A stretch of DNA of 64,000 nt from Candidatus Sericytochromatia bacterium (GCA_036676985.1 JAKFBU010000048.1:1-64000), one strand, 5' to 3'; shown: positions 32,535 through 42,165, counted from the first letter of the stretch. The notes: generated from the sequence alone by a model not told the origin. Numbers and translations: made by a program.

Positions 32535-33647
32535 GTGTCCGACGCGACCATGACCGTTGCCGCCTCGCCCATGGCCGAATTGCTGCGGCGCGCCCACGCC
32601 CAGGGGGCGGCCGACGTCCACCTCAAGCCCAACCAGCCCCCCAAGATGGTGCTCTACGGCAAGGTGCAGCCCATCGATCCCGGCATGCGCGCGCTCACGC
32701 CGCAGGAGGTCGAGCAGCTCATCTTCGGCGTGGTGACCTCCAAGCAGGTCGAGGAGTTCCGCCAGAACCTCGAGCTGGACACCAGCTTCGAGTTTCCGGG
32801 CCTCGCGCGCTTCCGCCTCAACGTCTACCGGGCCAACGGCCAGGTGGGGGCGGTCATCCGCATCATCCCGCCGGACATCCGCTCGGTCGAAGAGCTGGGC
32901 CTGCCGCCCTCCATCAAGCGCCTCGCCTTCGAGCGCCAGGGCCTCGTGCTCGTGACGGGCCCCACGGGCTCCGGCAAGACCACCACGCTCGCCTCGCTCA
33001 TCGACTACGTCAACCGCAACAAGGCCGGGCACATCGTCACCATCGAGGACCCCATCGAGGTCACGCACCCGACCCTGCAGTCGGTCATCACCCAGCGCGA
33101 GGTGGGCGGGGACACCAAGAGCTTCGCCAACGCCGTCAAGGCGGCCCTTCGCCAGGCGCCCAACATCATCCTCATCGGCGAGATGCGGGACAAGGAGACC
33201 ATCGAGATGGCGCTCAAGGCGGCCGAGACCGGCCACCTGGTCTTCTCGACCCTGCACACCAACGACGCCGTGCAGTCCATCCGGCGCGTCATCAACGCCT
33301 TCCCCCCTCACGAGCAGGAGCCCGTCCGGCTGCAGCTCGGCAACGTCCTCAAGGGATCGATCGCCCAGCGCCTCATCCCCCGCAAGGACCGCGCGGGCCG
33401 GATCCCGGCCCTCGATCTCTTGATCGTGACGCCGACGGTGCGCGACGCCATCCTCAAGGACCGGATCGACGACATCTACGACCTCATCCACAACGGCGGC
33501 TACGACGGCATGATGTCCATGAACCAGTCGCTGCTGCACCACTTCAAGAACGGCGTCATCGACTTCGACACGGCCATGAGCTACTCGGAGAACCCGGCGC
33601 AGCTCCTGGCCCTCATGCGCGACACCCTGCGGGCGATCGTCCGCTAA
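32535..33647 (+). CDS. pilT: PilT/PilU-family type IV pilus retraction ATPase
   Basis: RFRLNVY, GPTGSGKTT, TIEDPIE, QREVG.D, ALRQAP..I.IGEMRD, AETGHLVFSTLHT. Confidence 0.9.
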   Translation: MSDATMTVAASPMAELLRRAHAQGAADVHLKPNQPPKMVLYGKVQPIDPGMRALTPQEVEQLIFGVVTSKQVEEFRQNLELDTSFEFPGLARFRLNVYRANGQVGAVIRIIPPDIRSVEELGLPPSIKRLAFERQGLVLVTGPTGSGKTTTLASLIDYVNRNKAGHIVTIEDPIEVTHPTLQSVITQREVGGDTKSFANAVKAALRQAPNIILIGEMRDKETIEMALKAAETGHLVFSTLHTNDAVQSIRRVINAFPPHEQEPVRLQLGNVLKGSIAQRLIPRKDRAGRIPALDLLIVTPTVRDAILKDRIDDIYDLIHNGGYDGMMSMNQSLLHHFKNGVIDFDTAMSYSENPAQLLALMRDTLRAIVR

Positions 33648-33818
33648 ACCGTCAGATCGGCCCTTCCCGCCCGGGAAGGGCCGTTTTGCTGCCCCGGATG
33701 GGCGTTCGGCCCATGTTTGCGGCGCATTAAACCTCCGTCAAATCACGCGAGCCAAATTCCCGGGACGGGTATAAACCCGATCAGGTACGTCTGTCTGTTT
33801 CATGAAAGGAGACGCCCC

Positions 33819-35087
33819 ATGACTCTCCGAAGGTCCGGCGTCTTGTGGACCCTCATCGCTGGTAGCTTCCTCCTCAACGTCGGGTGCACGGGACTCAACA
33901 CGGGCGTCTTGAACCCCAACTCGCAGCTCAAGGAAAATCAGTCGAGCCTCATCGGCAACAACAGCGCCGCGCTCATCGGGAACAACAGCGCGGCCCTCAT
34001 CGGCAACAACGCGGCGTCGTTGGCCGACAAGAGCCTCGCGTCCCTCGACGCCACCGTCGTGGACGCCGAGGGCGCCCGCATGTCGAAGCTCATCGGCAAC
34101 AACGCGGCCTCGCTCATCGGGAACAACAGCGCATCGCTCATCGGCAACAACAGCGCGTCGCTCATCGGCAACAACGCGGCCTCGTTCAAGATCGCGACCT
34201 TCCTGCCGGCACCCGTCCTCTCCTGGACCGACAGCGGCACTTGGCCGAGCCCGCTCACCAGCGGCATCACGGTCACGGGCGTCCGCAGCGGCTCGATCGC
34301 GAGCAAGGGTGAGGTCGAGCGGTACACCTACAGCCACGAGCTGCAGGAGTACGAGCCCACCGGCAGCACGATGGAGCGCTACCACCGCGTCGAGCAGGTC
34401 GTGAAGTCCCTGGGCCGGCGCCTGGGCGAGTACGTCTTCGACGCCTACCTGAACAAGACGGATGGTTCCCCCGATCGCGGCTTCTACGTCTTCAAGCAGA
34501 CGTTCACGCCCTCGGGCGGCGTCCCGCTCGAGTTGAACACCAAGCGCCTGTACAACACTTCGGGCGGCGACGGCACCTCGGTCGTCCACCAGTTCATGGC
34601 GGGCTACACCTCGACCGGGGCGAGCGTCTCCCTGACGACGACCTCGTACCTCAACCCCAACTCGTCGGCCAAGACGGCCTACGGGCCGAACGGCGGGGCG
34701 GACATTCCGCTCAAGGCCGACACCCGCTACTACGCGCAATCGGGCACCATCGAGGGCGTCGACGGCGACTCGTTCTCCTTGAGCTCCAAGCTCGAGGGAT
34801 CGGCCTCCAGCCAGGACATGACGGGCAGCATCGACATCCAGACCCTGGGCAAGTCGGCGACCGACAGCGTCAAGATCCACTTCACGGTCGACCAGCCGGC
34901 GAGCGGGCATGTGACCTACACCGGCGAGCTGCGGGACGGTGCGGACAAGTCGCTCGCCACCCTCGAGCACAAGGTCGATCTGGGCGTCTTCCGGGCGACC
35001 TTCGAGGGCGGGGCCACCCGGGACATCCCGGTCTCCACCATCGACAAGGTCCTCGACATCGCCAAGCAAGGCCCCCAGGATTGGTAG
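33819..35087 (+). CDS. Lipoprotein with LIGNN octapeptide repeats and beta-rich C-terminus
   Basis: AAAGGAG RBS; lipobox-like LNVGC; seven LIGNN(S/A)A(A/S) units. Confidence 0.8.
   Translation: MTLRRSGVLWTLIAGSFLLNVGCTGLNTGVLNPNSQLKENQSSLIGNNSAALIGNNSAALIGNNAASLADKSLASLDATVVDAEGARMSKLIGNNAASLIGNNSASLIGNNSASLIGNNAASFKIATFLPAPVLSWTDSGTWPSPLTSGITVTGVRSGSIASKGEVERYTYSHELQEYEPTGSTMERYHRVEQVVKSLGRRLGEYVFDAYLNKTDGSPDRGFYVFKQTFTPSGGVPLELNTKRLYNTSGGDGTSVVHQFMAGYTSTGASVSLTTTSYLNPNSSAKTAYGPNGGADIPLKADTRYYAQSGTIEGVDGDSFSLSSKLEGSASSQDMTGSIDIQTLGKSATDSVKIHFTVDQPASGHVTYTGELRDGADKSLATLEHKVDLGVFRATFEGGATRDIPVSTIDKVLDIAKQGPQDW
33948..34184 (+). repeat. 24-nt coding tandem repeats, blocks of 3 and 4 copies
   Basis: CTCATCGG(C/G)AACAAC(AGC/GCG).. 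repeated, synonymous sites vary. Confidence 0.9.
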
Positions 35088-35545
35088 GCCCGCTCCGGGT
35101 TCGGGCCGGTCGCGACAGCGACCGGCCCTTCATGTTTCAGGTCCTGGAGCTCGCGGCCATGGCGAGCTACCCCGAGCTCGCGGAGCTCGGGCGCATCACC
35201 CTGCGCGAGCGCATCGAGGGCTTGTTCGCGAGCTATGATACGCCGGGCAGGCTCTGGTACGTCGCCGAGGACCCGGATGGCGCCCCGTTGGGGGGGCTCT
35301 GGGTCAATCCGGGCATGCACCCGATCCTCGAGCGCCCCGAGGCCGTCATCGTGGCCGTCGCGGTCCACCCTCACGTCCGCAGGCAGGGCATCGCCCAGGC
35401 CCTGCTGGAGCACATGCGCTCGGAGCTCGCGCAGCACCGGCTCGAGTCGGTGCGTCTCTTCGTCCACCCGGACAATCTCGCTGCCCGAAGGCTCTACGAG
35501 CGCCTGGGATTCCAGGTCTCGACCCTGGAGCTCACGCTGTCCTGA
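35081..35545 (+). CDS. GNAT-family N-acetyltransferase
   Basis: VAVHPHVRRQGIAQALL, L.V..DN..A..LYERLGF; start uncertain. Confidence 0.88.
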   Translation: MVGPLRVRAGRDSDRPFMFQVLELAAMASYPELAELGRITLRERIEGLFASYDTPGRLWYVAEDPDGAPLGGLWVNPGMHPILERPEAVIVAVAVHPHVRRQGIAQALLEHMRSELAQHRLESVRLFVHPDNLAARRLYERLGFQVSTLELTLS

Positions 35546-35741
35546 GGGGGCGGTGGGGTCGCGAGTCGGTCCCTCGCGTCCGGGGACCCTACCGATTGAG
35601 TCAGGACTTATTACGGTCCCTTGGCCTCTTAAGGGGAGTATAATCAGAGGATAGCGCTGCCATGTGGTGAGCGGGCCTTCGGCCTGCTGGGTGAGCATTG
35701 CGACGGCTGCTTGGCGCGCGCTCTACATCAGAGAGGATGCT

Positions 35742-37604
35742 ATGGCAGTCACACTCCCTCAAGCGGGCGCCGGCAGCCTGGCCGGCAGAGAACCGGTCGT
35801 CAACGACTTCTCGATCCAGGTCGCGACGGTCAACGGCTCGGGCTCCCAATCGGCCAACCTGGTCATGCTCCGGTCGATCTTCCACATGGGGATCCCCGTC
35901 AGCGGCAAGAACCTCTTCCCCTCGAACATCGCGGGGTTGCCCACCTGGTTCACGATCCGCGCCAACAAGCACGGCTACATCGCGCGCAAGGCCAAGAGCG
36001 AAATCTTCATCGCCATGAACCCCGAGACCATCGCCGACGACGAGGCGGGCCTCATGCCGGGGGCGGTCTTCATCTACAACAGCGACCTCAAGTACGCCCC
36101 CAAGCGTGAGGACGTGGCCGCCATCGGCGTGCCGTTCGGCCAGATCGTCGCCGGCACCTGCCAGGAGGTCAAGCTCCGCAAGCTGGTGACCAACATGGTC
36201 TACGTGGGCGTGCTGGCCGAGCTCATCGGCATCGACATGGCCGAGATCGAAGGCGCCCTCACCAAGCAGTTCAAGGGCAAGGAGAAGGCGGTCACGCTCA
36301 ACCTCGACGCGGTCAAGGCCGGCGCCGAGTGGGCCCGCGCCAACCTCGAGACCAAGCTGCCCTACCGCCTGGAGCGCATGAACGCGACCACGGGCAAGAT
36401 CATCATCGAGGGCAACCGCGCGGCGGCCATGGGCTGTCTGTTCGCGGGCGTGACGGTCGTGGCCTGGTACCCCATCACGCCGTCCACCTCCGTGTGCGAG
36501 AACCTCATCGGCATGCTCGAGAAGCACCGCATCGACCCGGAGACCGGCAAGGCCACCTTCGCCGTGATCCAGGCCGAGGACGAGCTCGCCGCGGCGGGCA
36601 TGGTCTTCGGGTCCGGCTGGGCCGGGGCCCGCTCCATGACGGCCACCTCGGGCCCGGGCATCAGCCTCATGAACGAGTTCGTCGGCCTCGCCTACTTCAC
36701 GGAGCTGCCCGGCGTCATCATCGACGTCCAGCGCGTGGGCCCGTCGACGGGCCTGCCGACCCGCACCCAGCAGTGCGACATCACCGAGCTGTACCTGGCC
36801 AGCCACGGCGACACCAAGCACGTCGTGCTCCTTCCGGCCACCCCGCAGGAGGCCTACGAGCTCTCCTACGCGGCCTTCGACCTGACCGAGCGCCTCCAGA
36901 CGCCGGTGTTCGTGGCCCTGGACCTGGACCTCGGCATGAACTCCTGGATGTCGGACCCCTTCCCCTTCCTCGATCAGCCCCTCGACCGCGGCCCGGTCGT
37001 GACGGCCGAGGAGCTCACGCGCCGCGTCGAGGCCGCCGCCGAGGACCAGAAGAACAGCGTCTTCGGCCGCTACCGCGACGTCTCGGGCAACGGCATCCCC
37101 GAGCGCACGCTGCCGGGCACGCCGCACCCCTTGGCTGCCTACTTCACCCGCGGTTCGGGCCACAACGCGGACGCCAAGTACTCCGAGAAGCCCGAGGATT
37201 ACGTGTGGCTGGTCGATCGCCTCGCGCGCAAGCACGAGACGGCCCGGACCATGGTGCCCAAGCCCCTCGTGGACTGGAAGGGCGCCGAGGTCTCGATCGT
37301 GGCCTACGGCACCAGCGAGTTCGCCGTCCAGGAGGCGCGCGACCTCTTGCGCGCCCAGGGCGTCGAGACCAACTACCTGCGCCTCAAGGCACTGCCCTTC
37401 ACCGCCGAGGTCAAGGACTTCGTCGCCAAGAGCAAGCGGGTCTACGTCATCGACCAGAACCGCGACGGTCAGATGATGGACCTCCTGACGCTCGATCTCG
37501 GGTGCCCGGATTCCGCCAAGCTGCGGAGCGTCCGTCACTACGACGGCATGCCCCTGGACGCCCAGTCGATCATCGACCCGGTCTTGGAAATGGAGAAGCG
37601 ATAA
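35742..37604 (+). CDS. korA: 2-oxoacid:ferredoxin oxidoreductase alpha (fused gamma-alpha) subunit
   Basis: NGSGSQS, YPITPS, QAEDELAA, ATSGPG, QRVGPSTGLPT. Confidence 0.93.
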   Translation: MAVTLPQAGAGSLAGREPVVNDFSIQVATVNGSGSQSANLVMLRSIFHMGIPVSGKNLFPSNIAGLPTWFTIRANKHGYIARKAKSEIFIAMNPETIADDEAGLMPGAVFIYNSDLKYAPKREDVAAIGVPFGQIVAGTCQEVKLRKLVTNMVYVGVLAELIGIDMAEIEGALTKQFKGKEKAVTLNLDAVKAGAEWARANLETKLPYRLERMNATTGKIIIEGNRAAAMGCLFAGVTVVAWYPITPSTSVCENLIGMLEKHRIDPETGKATFAVIQAEDELAAAGMVFGSGWAGARSMTATSGPGISLMNEFVGLAYFTELPGVIIDVQRVGPSTGLPTRTQQCDITELYLASHGDTKHVVLLPATPQEAYELSYAAFDLTERLQTPVFVALDLDLGMNSWMSDPFPFLDQPLDRGPVVTAEELTRRVEAAAEDQKNSVFGRYRDVSGNGIPERTLPGTPHPLAAYFTRGSGHNADAKYSEKPEDYVWLVDRLARKHETARTMVPKPLVDWKGAEVSIVAYGTSEFAVQEARDLLRAQGVETNYLRLKALPFTAEVKDFVAKSKRVYVIDQNRDGQMMDLLTLDLGCPDSAKLRSVRHYDGMPLDAQSIIDPVLEMEKR

Positions 37605-37605
37605 G

Positions 37606-38643
37606 ATGGCGACGACGACTCCCGCCCCGCAAACCAACCGCCTGGGGCTGACCCTCAACGACTACAAGGGTGCGCCGTCCACGCTCTGCGCGGGCTGCGG
37701 CCACGATGCCATCACCGGCCAGATCGTCCGCGCCTTCTACGAGATGGGCGTCGAGCCGCACCGGGTGGCCAAGCTCTCGGGCATCGGCTGCTCGTCCAAG
37801 ACGCCGGCGTACTTCCTCAACAAGTCGCACGGCTTCAACTCGGTCCACGGCCGCATGCCGGCGGTGGCCACCGGGACGGTGCTCGCCAACCGCCAGCTGC
37901 TCGCCATCGGCGTCTCGGGCGACGGCGACACGGCCTCCATCGGCATGGGCCAGTTCGTGCACATGATGCGCCGCAACCTGCCCATGATCTACATCGTCGA
38001 GAACAACGGCGTCTACGGGCTGACCAAGGGCCAGTTCTCGGCGACAGCAGACCTCGGCTCGGTGCTCAAGACGGGCGTGGCCAACGAGCTGCCGCCCGTG
38101 GACCTGGCCGCCATGGCGATCCAGCTGGGGGCGACCTACGTGGCGCGCTCCTTCTCGGGGGATCCCAAGCAGCTGGTGGCCTTGCTTGAGGGGGCGATCG
38201 CCCACCGCGGCACGGCCCTCATCGACGTGATCAGCCCCTGCGTGACCTTCAACAACCATGAGGGGTCCACCAAGAGCTACACGGCGGCCAAGGAGCACGA
38301 CATTCCCCTGCACTCCATCGGCTTCGTGCCGGCCTTCAGCCAGATCGAGGCCGAGATCGAGCCGGGCGAGACGCGGCTCATCGAGATGCACGACGGCTCC
38401 AAGCTCACGCTCAAGAAGCTGGAGCGGGAGTACGACCCGACCAACCGCCGGATGGCGATGGCGACGTTGCTCGAGGCGAGCGAGAAGGGCGAGTTCCTGA
38501 CGGGCCTGCTCTACGTCAACTCGGAGAAGAAGGACCTGGTGTCCCAGCTGAACCTGGTGGACGAGCCGCTCGCGACCCTGCCGGAGAGCAAGACCCGGCC
38601 GGGCAAGGCGGTGCTCGACAAGATGATGGAGGCGCTCAAGTAG
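37606..38643 (+). CDS. korB: 2-oxoacid:ferredoxin oxidoreductase beta subunit
   Basis: CAGCGH, SGIGCSS, HGR, SGDGD, NNGVYGLTKGQFS, SPCVTFN. Confidence 0.95.
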   Translation: MATTTPAPQTNRLGLTLNDYKGAPSTLCAGCGHDAITGQIVRAFYEMGVEPHRVAKLSGIGCSSKTPAYFLNKSHGFNSVHGRMPAVATGTVLANRQLLAIGVSGDGDTASIGMGQFVHMMRRNLPMIYIVENNGVYGLTKGQFSATADLGSVLKTGVANELPPVDLAAMAIQLGATYVARSFSGDPKQLVALLEGAIAHRGTALIDVISPCVTFNNHEGSTKSYTAAKEHDIPLHSIGFVPAFSQIEAEIEPGETRLIEMHDGSKLTLKKLEREYDPTNRRMAMATLLEASEKGEFLTGLLYVNSEKKDLVSQLNLVDEPLATLPESKTRPGKAVLDKMMEALK

Positions 38644-38649
38644 CGTTTC

Positions 38650-38682
38650 GGGGCCCCCCGGTTTCGGCCGGGGGGCTCTTTT
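38650..38682 (+). terminator. Intrinsic terminator
   Basis: GGGCCCCCCGG..CCGGGGGGCTC followed by TTTT. Confidence 0.7.
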
Positions 38683-38691
38683 CTAAGGAGG

Positions 38692-38830
38692 CCCCCCCCT
38701 AGCCCCCCCCTCAAAGAGGGGGGGAAGCTCTTCGGAGGGGAAGCGACACCCAAGATCCTAACGAGTAGCCTGGCTTTCACCCACCCATGATCCTTACCCC
38801 CCCTCTAGTGGGGGGGCTGGGGGGGGACTC
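38692..38830. repeat. Inverted pair of CCCCC(T/C)AGCCCCCC..AGAGGGGGG palindromic repeats
   Basis: CCCCCCCCTAGCCCCCCCCTCAAAGAGGGGGGG (+) and CCCCCCCCAGCCCCCCCACTAGAGGGGGG (-) face each other. Confidence 0.7.
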
Positions 38831-40344
38831 CTCATTTCTTCCCCCATGGGCAGCGTGAACCGGAACGTCGACCCCACCCCCGGCGTGCTCTGGACGCTGA
38901 TCTCGCCGCCGTGGGCCTCCACGAGGCCCTTGGTGATGGCGAGCCCCAGCCCGGTGCCGGGTACCGTCTTGGCGCTCTCGGGATCCCGGTAGAACTTGCT
39001 GAAGATGCGCTGCTGCGCGTCTCGCGACAGCCCGACGCCCGTGTCCGTGACCTCCGTGGTGACGCACTGGCCCTCCAGCCACGCCCGCACGCTGACCCGA
39101 CCCCCCTCCGGCGTGAACTTCACGGCGTTGGAGAGCAGGTTCAGCAGGATCTGCGCGATCCGCTCGGGGTCCGCCGTCACCTCCGGGATCCGGGGGCTCA
39201 CGGAGACCTCCAGGGCGATGCCCTTGCGGATGGCGAGCGGCTCCACCGAGCTCACGGTGCGCTGCACCAGCGGCCCGTACTCGACCGCGCCGACGTCGAG
39301 CCGGAAGGCCCCGGCCTCCAGCCGCGCGAAGTCCAAGAGGTCGTTGATGAGCCGCATGAGCCGATCGGTCCCGGAGAGGATCTGGCTCACGTACTCGCGC
39401 TGCGGCTCCGACAGCGTGCCTGCGATCCCCTCGTCGAGGAACTCCGCGTACCCGATGATGGACGTCAGAGGGGTGCGCAGCTCGTGCGAGACGGCGTTGA
39501 GGAACTCGGCCTTGCGCTGTTCCAGCAGCTGCAGCTCCGCGTAGGCGCGCTGCACCTCGTCCAGCTCCGAGAGGTCCTGGATGATGGCGACGGCCATCCG
39601 GATCTCCCCTTTGGGGCCCAGGATCGGGGCGGCGCTGATGCTGAGGATCCGTTGCGCCTTGGGGCCGTGGTAGCGCAGCACCACGTGGCGCTGGATCTCG
39701 CCCGCCAGGGCCCGATTCAGGGGCATTTCCTCGGCGGGCACGAGCTCACCGTCCAGGCGGCTGAAGGTCCCCTCGCGCATCGCTGGGATCGTGCCGACCA
39801 GCCCCTCCGGGTCGATGCCCAGGATCTCGCCCGCCGTGGGGTTCATGCGCACGATGGTCCCGTCCGCCTGGGAGACGATCATCCCCTCGGCCACGTTGGC
39901 GAGGATGGCCTCCATCTGGAGGCGTTCGTTGACGGCCCGCTGCTCGCTCCGCACCCGGTCGGTGATGTCGACCGTTAGCACCAGGAGGTGCCCGGCCATG
40001 GCCCCGTCGCTCGGGGTGATGGCCACGTCCCAGAAGGTGGACTCGCCCGTCTCCGGGTGGCGCAGGCGGAGCTGTCGGATCCGGTGCGCCTCGCCGGCGC
40101 GCTGCGTCGACCGCAGGGCCCGGATCTGCTCGTCGCTCAGCTTGAGCAGCCGGGTCCAGTCCATGCCGAGCAGGCCCCCCGGCACCTCTCCGAAGTAGCG
40201 CGCGAGGTAGTCCGCGTACTCCGGGTTGATGTAGCGGATGCGCAGGTCGGGGTCGAGCAGGCACACGCCCGCCGGCAGCCGCTTGAACAGGGCGTCGAGG
40301 GAGACCTGGAGCCCCGTTCCGGCGATGGCGGAGACGTCCCTCAC
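38794..40344 (-). CDS. Cytoplasmic PAS-PAS histidine kinase
   Basis: Two PAS domains; [29 protein letters not shown]; GTG start overlaps the upstream stop (GTGA). Confidence 0.9.
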   Translation of the reverse strand: MRDVSAIAGTGLQVSLDALFKRLPAGVCLLDPDLRIRYINPEYADYLARYFGEVPGGLLGMDWTRLLKLSDEQIRALRSTQRAGEAHRIRQLRLRHPETGESTFWDVAITPSDGAMAGHLLVLTVDITDRVRSEQRAVNERLQMEAILANVAEGMIVSQADGTIVRMNPTAGEILGIDPEGLVGTIPAMREGTFSRLDGELVPAEEMPLNRALAGEIQRHVVLRYHGPKAQRILSISAAPILGPKGEIRMAVAIIQDLSELDEVQRAYAELQLLEQRKAEFLNAVSHELRTPLTSIIGYAEFLDEGIAGTLSEPQREYVSQILSGTDRLMRLINDLLDFARLEAGAFRLDVGAVEYGPLVQRTVSSVEPLAIRKGIALEVSVSPRIPEVTADPERIAQILLNLLSNAVKFTPEGGRVSVRAWLEGQCVTTEVTDTGVGLSRDAQQRIFSKFYRDPESAKTVPGTGLGLAITKGLVEAHGGEISVQSTPGVGSTFRFTLPMGEEMRSPPPAPPLEGG

Positions 40345-40562
40345 GTCCTCTGGCCTCCCGAGGGCTCCTCGGTGCAGTAGCCCTTGTGCTCGATGAGCCC
40401 GCGCACCCGGACCAGGTCGGTGGCGTCGGGCTCGTAGCTCACGTCGATGCGATCCGGATAGATCTCGACGCAGCGGATGCCGGGCACGAGCACCAGCGTT
40501 TTGCGCAGGTCCTGGAAGTCCGCGGCCGCGGTCGGGTGGATCGGAAAGGAGGTGGTTTTCAT
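40341..40562 (-). CDS. Small HMA/CopZ-fold-like protein lacking CxxC
   Basis: L..VPGI..V......V.Y.P......(V)...IE..GY; AGAGG RBS. Confidence 0.65.
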   Translation of the reverse strand: MKTTSFPIHPTAAADFQDLRKTLVLVPGIRCVEIYPDRIDVSYEPDATDLVRVRGLIEHKGYCTEEPSGGQRT

Positions 40563-40724
40563 GGCGCCTCTCCCCGGAAATCGTCCGAGGCCATTTTAAT
40601 GGCCAATGCGCCCGAGGAAAATGCCCGCTCTTTGGCTTGCTGCAAGGGTTTGTTGAGTCTTTACTCCCGGCGAGGCACGTTTCTAGGATAGCCCTGCCCC
40701 CAGAGGGGCGACGAGGGCGCGACG

Positions 40725-41312
40725 ATGACCATCCTCTGGTGGCCCGCCATCGTGGCGGGCGTCTCCGGAACCCTGGCGATGATCCTGACGCTGGAAGCCC
40801 TGCGCCGGGTCGGCTGGACGCGCCTGGCCTGGGGCAGCCTGATCGGGACGCTCCTGGACTCTCCACGCGCGGAGCGCTGGGGCTTCCTGATCCACTTCCT
40901 CGACGGGGCGATCGCCGGCCTGCTCTACGCGGCGGCCTTTTTCGCCTTCGACCTGAGACCCGGAATCTGGGTGGGCGTCTTCTGCGGGATCGTGCACGGC
41001 GGGCTCGCCCTGCTCGTGCTCGACGTCATGAAACGGCGCCAGGGCCTGGTATCGGGCCCGTTCGATCCCATGGAGGGAAACCGGGGGCGGCTGGCGATCG
41101 CCCTCGGCTACGTCGTCTTCGGGGCCGTCACGGCCGGGGTCTACGGTTTCCTGTCGAGCCGCGGATCCGGGGCCGTGACCCTCGGCGTCCTGAGCGTCGT
41201 CACGGTGCTCGCCGCCGCGGCCTTCAGCTGGCTGCTACGGCACGAACGTCTGTCGCCGAGCTTCACGGCCTCGAGCCCCGAGCCGCGGGGCCGGCGTTCG
41301 AAGCGGCCCTGA
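40725..41312 (+). CDS. Integral membrane protein, paralogue of the next gene
   Basis: AG..GTLAM, G..IHF..G.....LYA, G...GI.H pattern. Confidence 0.7.
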   Translation: MTILWWPAIVAGVSGTLAMILTLEALRRVGWTRLAWGSLIGTLLDSPRAERWGFLIHFLDGAIAGLLYAAAFFAFDLRPGIWVGVFCGIVHGGLALLVLDVMKRRQGLVSGPFDPMEGNRGRLAIALGYVVFGAVTAGVYGFLSSRGSGAVTLGVLSVVTVLAAAAFSWLLRHERLSPSFTASSPEPRGRRSKRP

Positions 41313-41335
41313 GGGCCAGTGAGAGGAGGGATCGA

Positions 41336-42076
41336 ATGGACTTCACCACCACAGGCATCCTCTTGGCGGGCCTCCTGGGCACGCTCCTGATGACGACCTG
41401 GATGTACATCGCCCATGCCTTCGGCGTCGAGCGTCACCTGCCCGGCTTCTACCTCGGGACCCTGATGTTCGGCGTGACCCGCAAGGCCTTCGCCACGGGC
41501 CTGGTCATCCACTTCCTGATTGGCGTCATCGCGGCGGCCATCTACGCGGCCCTCATGAGCCTCCTGACCATCCCGGGCGGCGTGCTGTGGGGCATGCTCT
41601 TCGGGATCGCGCACTGGCTGGTCGTCATGCTCGCCTACGGCCTGGTCGCCTCGTGGCACCCGGCGGTGAAGCGCGGCGAGATCCAGAACCCGGGCTTCTT
41701 CGGGCTCAACTACGGCTGGACCGAGCCCGCCATGAGCTTCATCGACCACCTGCTGTTCGGTGCGGTGGTGGGCGGCACGCTCGCCTACTACCGCGGCCAC
41801 GGGGTCCTGGACACGTGGAGCGCGAGCGCATGGCGGCAGCCTTCCCTCTCGCCCGCCATCGCCTGGCCCGTCATGGTCGTGCTGTTCGTCATCCTGTTCA
41901 TCGTGGCGGCGACCCTGACGGCGAACCTGGGCACCACCGACGAGGTCTTCGCCTCGGCGGAGCCGGGGCGCGATCGCGACTGGATGCTCGCCGAGCTGCG
42001 CGAAAAGTACGTCGCCGGCCTCATGACCGAGGACGAGTACCGGGAGCGGGTCAAACACCTGGAGGGACTCCGTTAG
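41336..42076 (+). CDS. Integral membrane protein with conserved TM histidines and C-terminal SHOCT domain
   Basis: AGLLGTLLMT, IHFLIG, GIAHW, HP, DHLLFG; ELREKYVAG.MTEDEYRER. Confidence 0.78.
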   Translation: MDFTTTGILLAGLLGTLLMTTWMYIAHAFGVERHLPGFYLGTLMFGVTRKAFATGLVIHFLIGVIAAAIYAALMSLLTIPGGVLWGMLFGIAHWLVVMLAYGLVASWHPAVKRGEIQNPGFFGLNYGWTEPAMSFIDHLLFGAVVGGTLAYYRGHGVLDTWSASAWRQPSLSPAIAWPVMVVLFVILFIVAATLTANLGTTDEVFASAEPGRDRDWMLAELREKYVAGLMTEDEYRERVKHLEGLR

Positions 42077-42165
42077 GTCCCGGCAAGCGGGGGTAAGGAT
42101 CCCATGACCTGGGAGCGACGGAGCTCGCTCCCGTCGGGAGCCCCCTGCGTATCGAAGAGGTAGCC

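Noticed and set aside
33948-34184. 24-nt repeats as a CRISPR array
   Set aside because: No unique spacers, in-frame coding, variation at synonymous sites, no cas genes
38794-40866. 690-aa version of the PAS kinase from the ORF track
   Set aside because: The N-terminal extension overlaps two other genes; GTG at 40344 coupled to the upstream stop is more plausible
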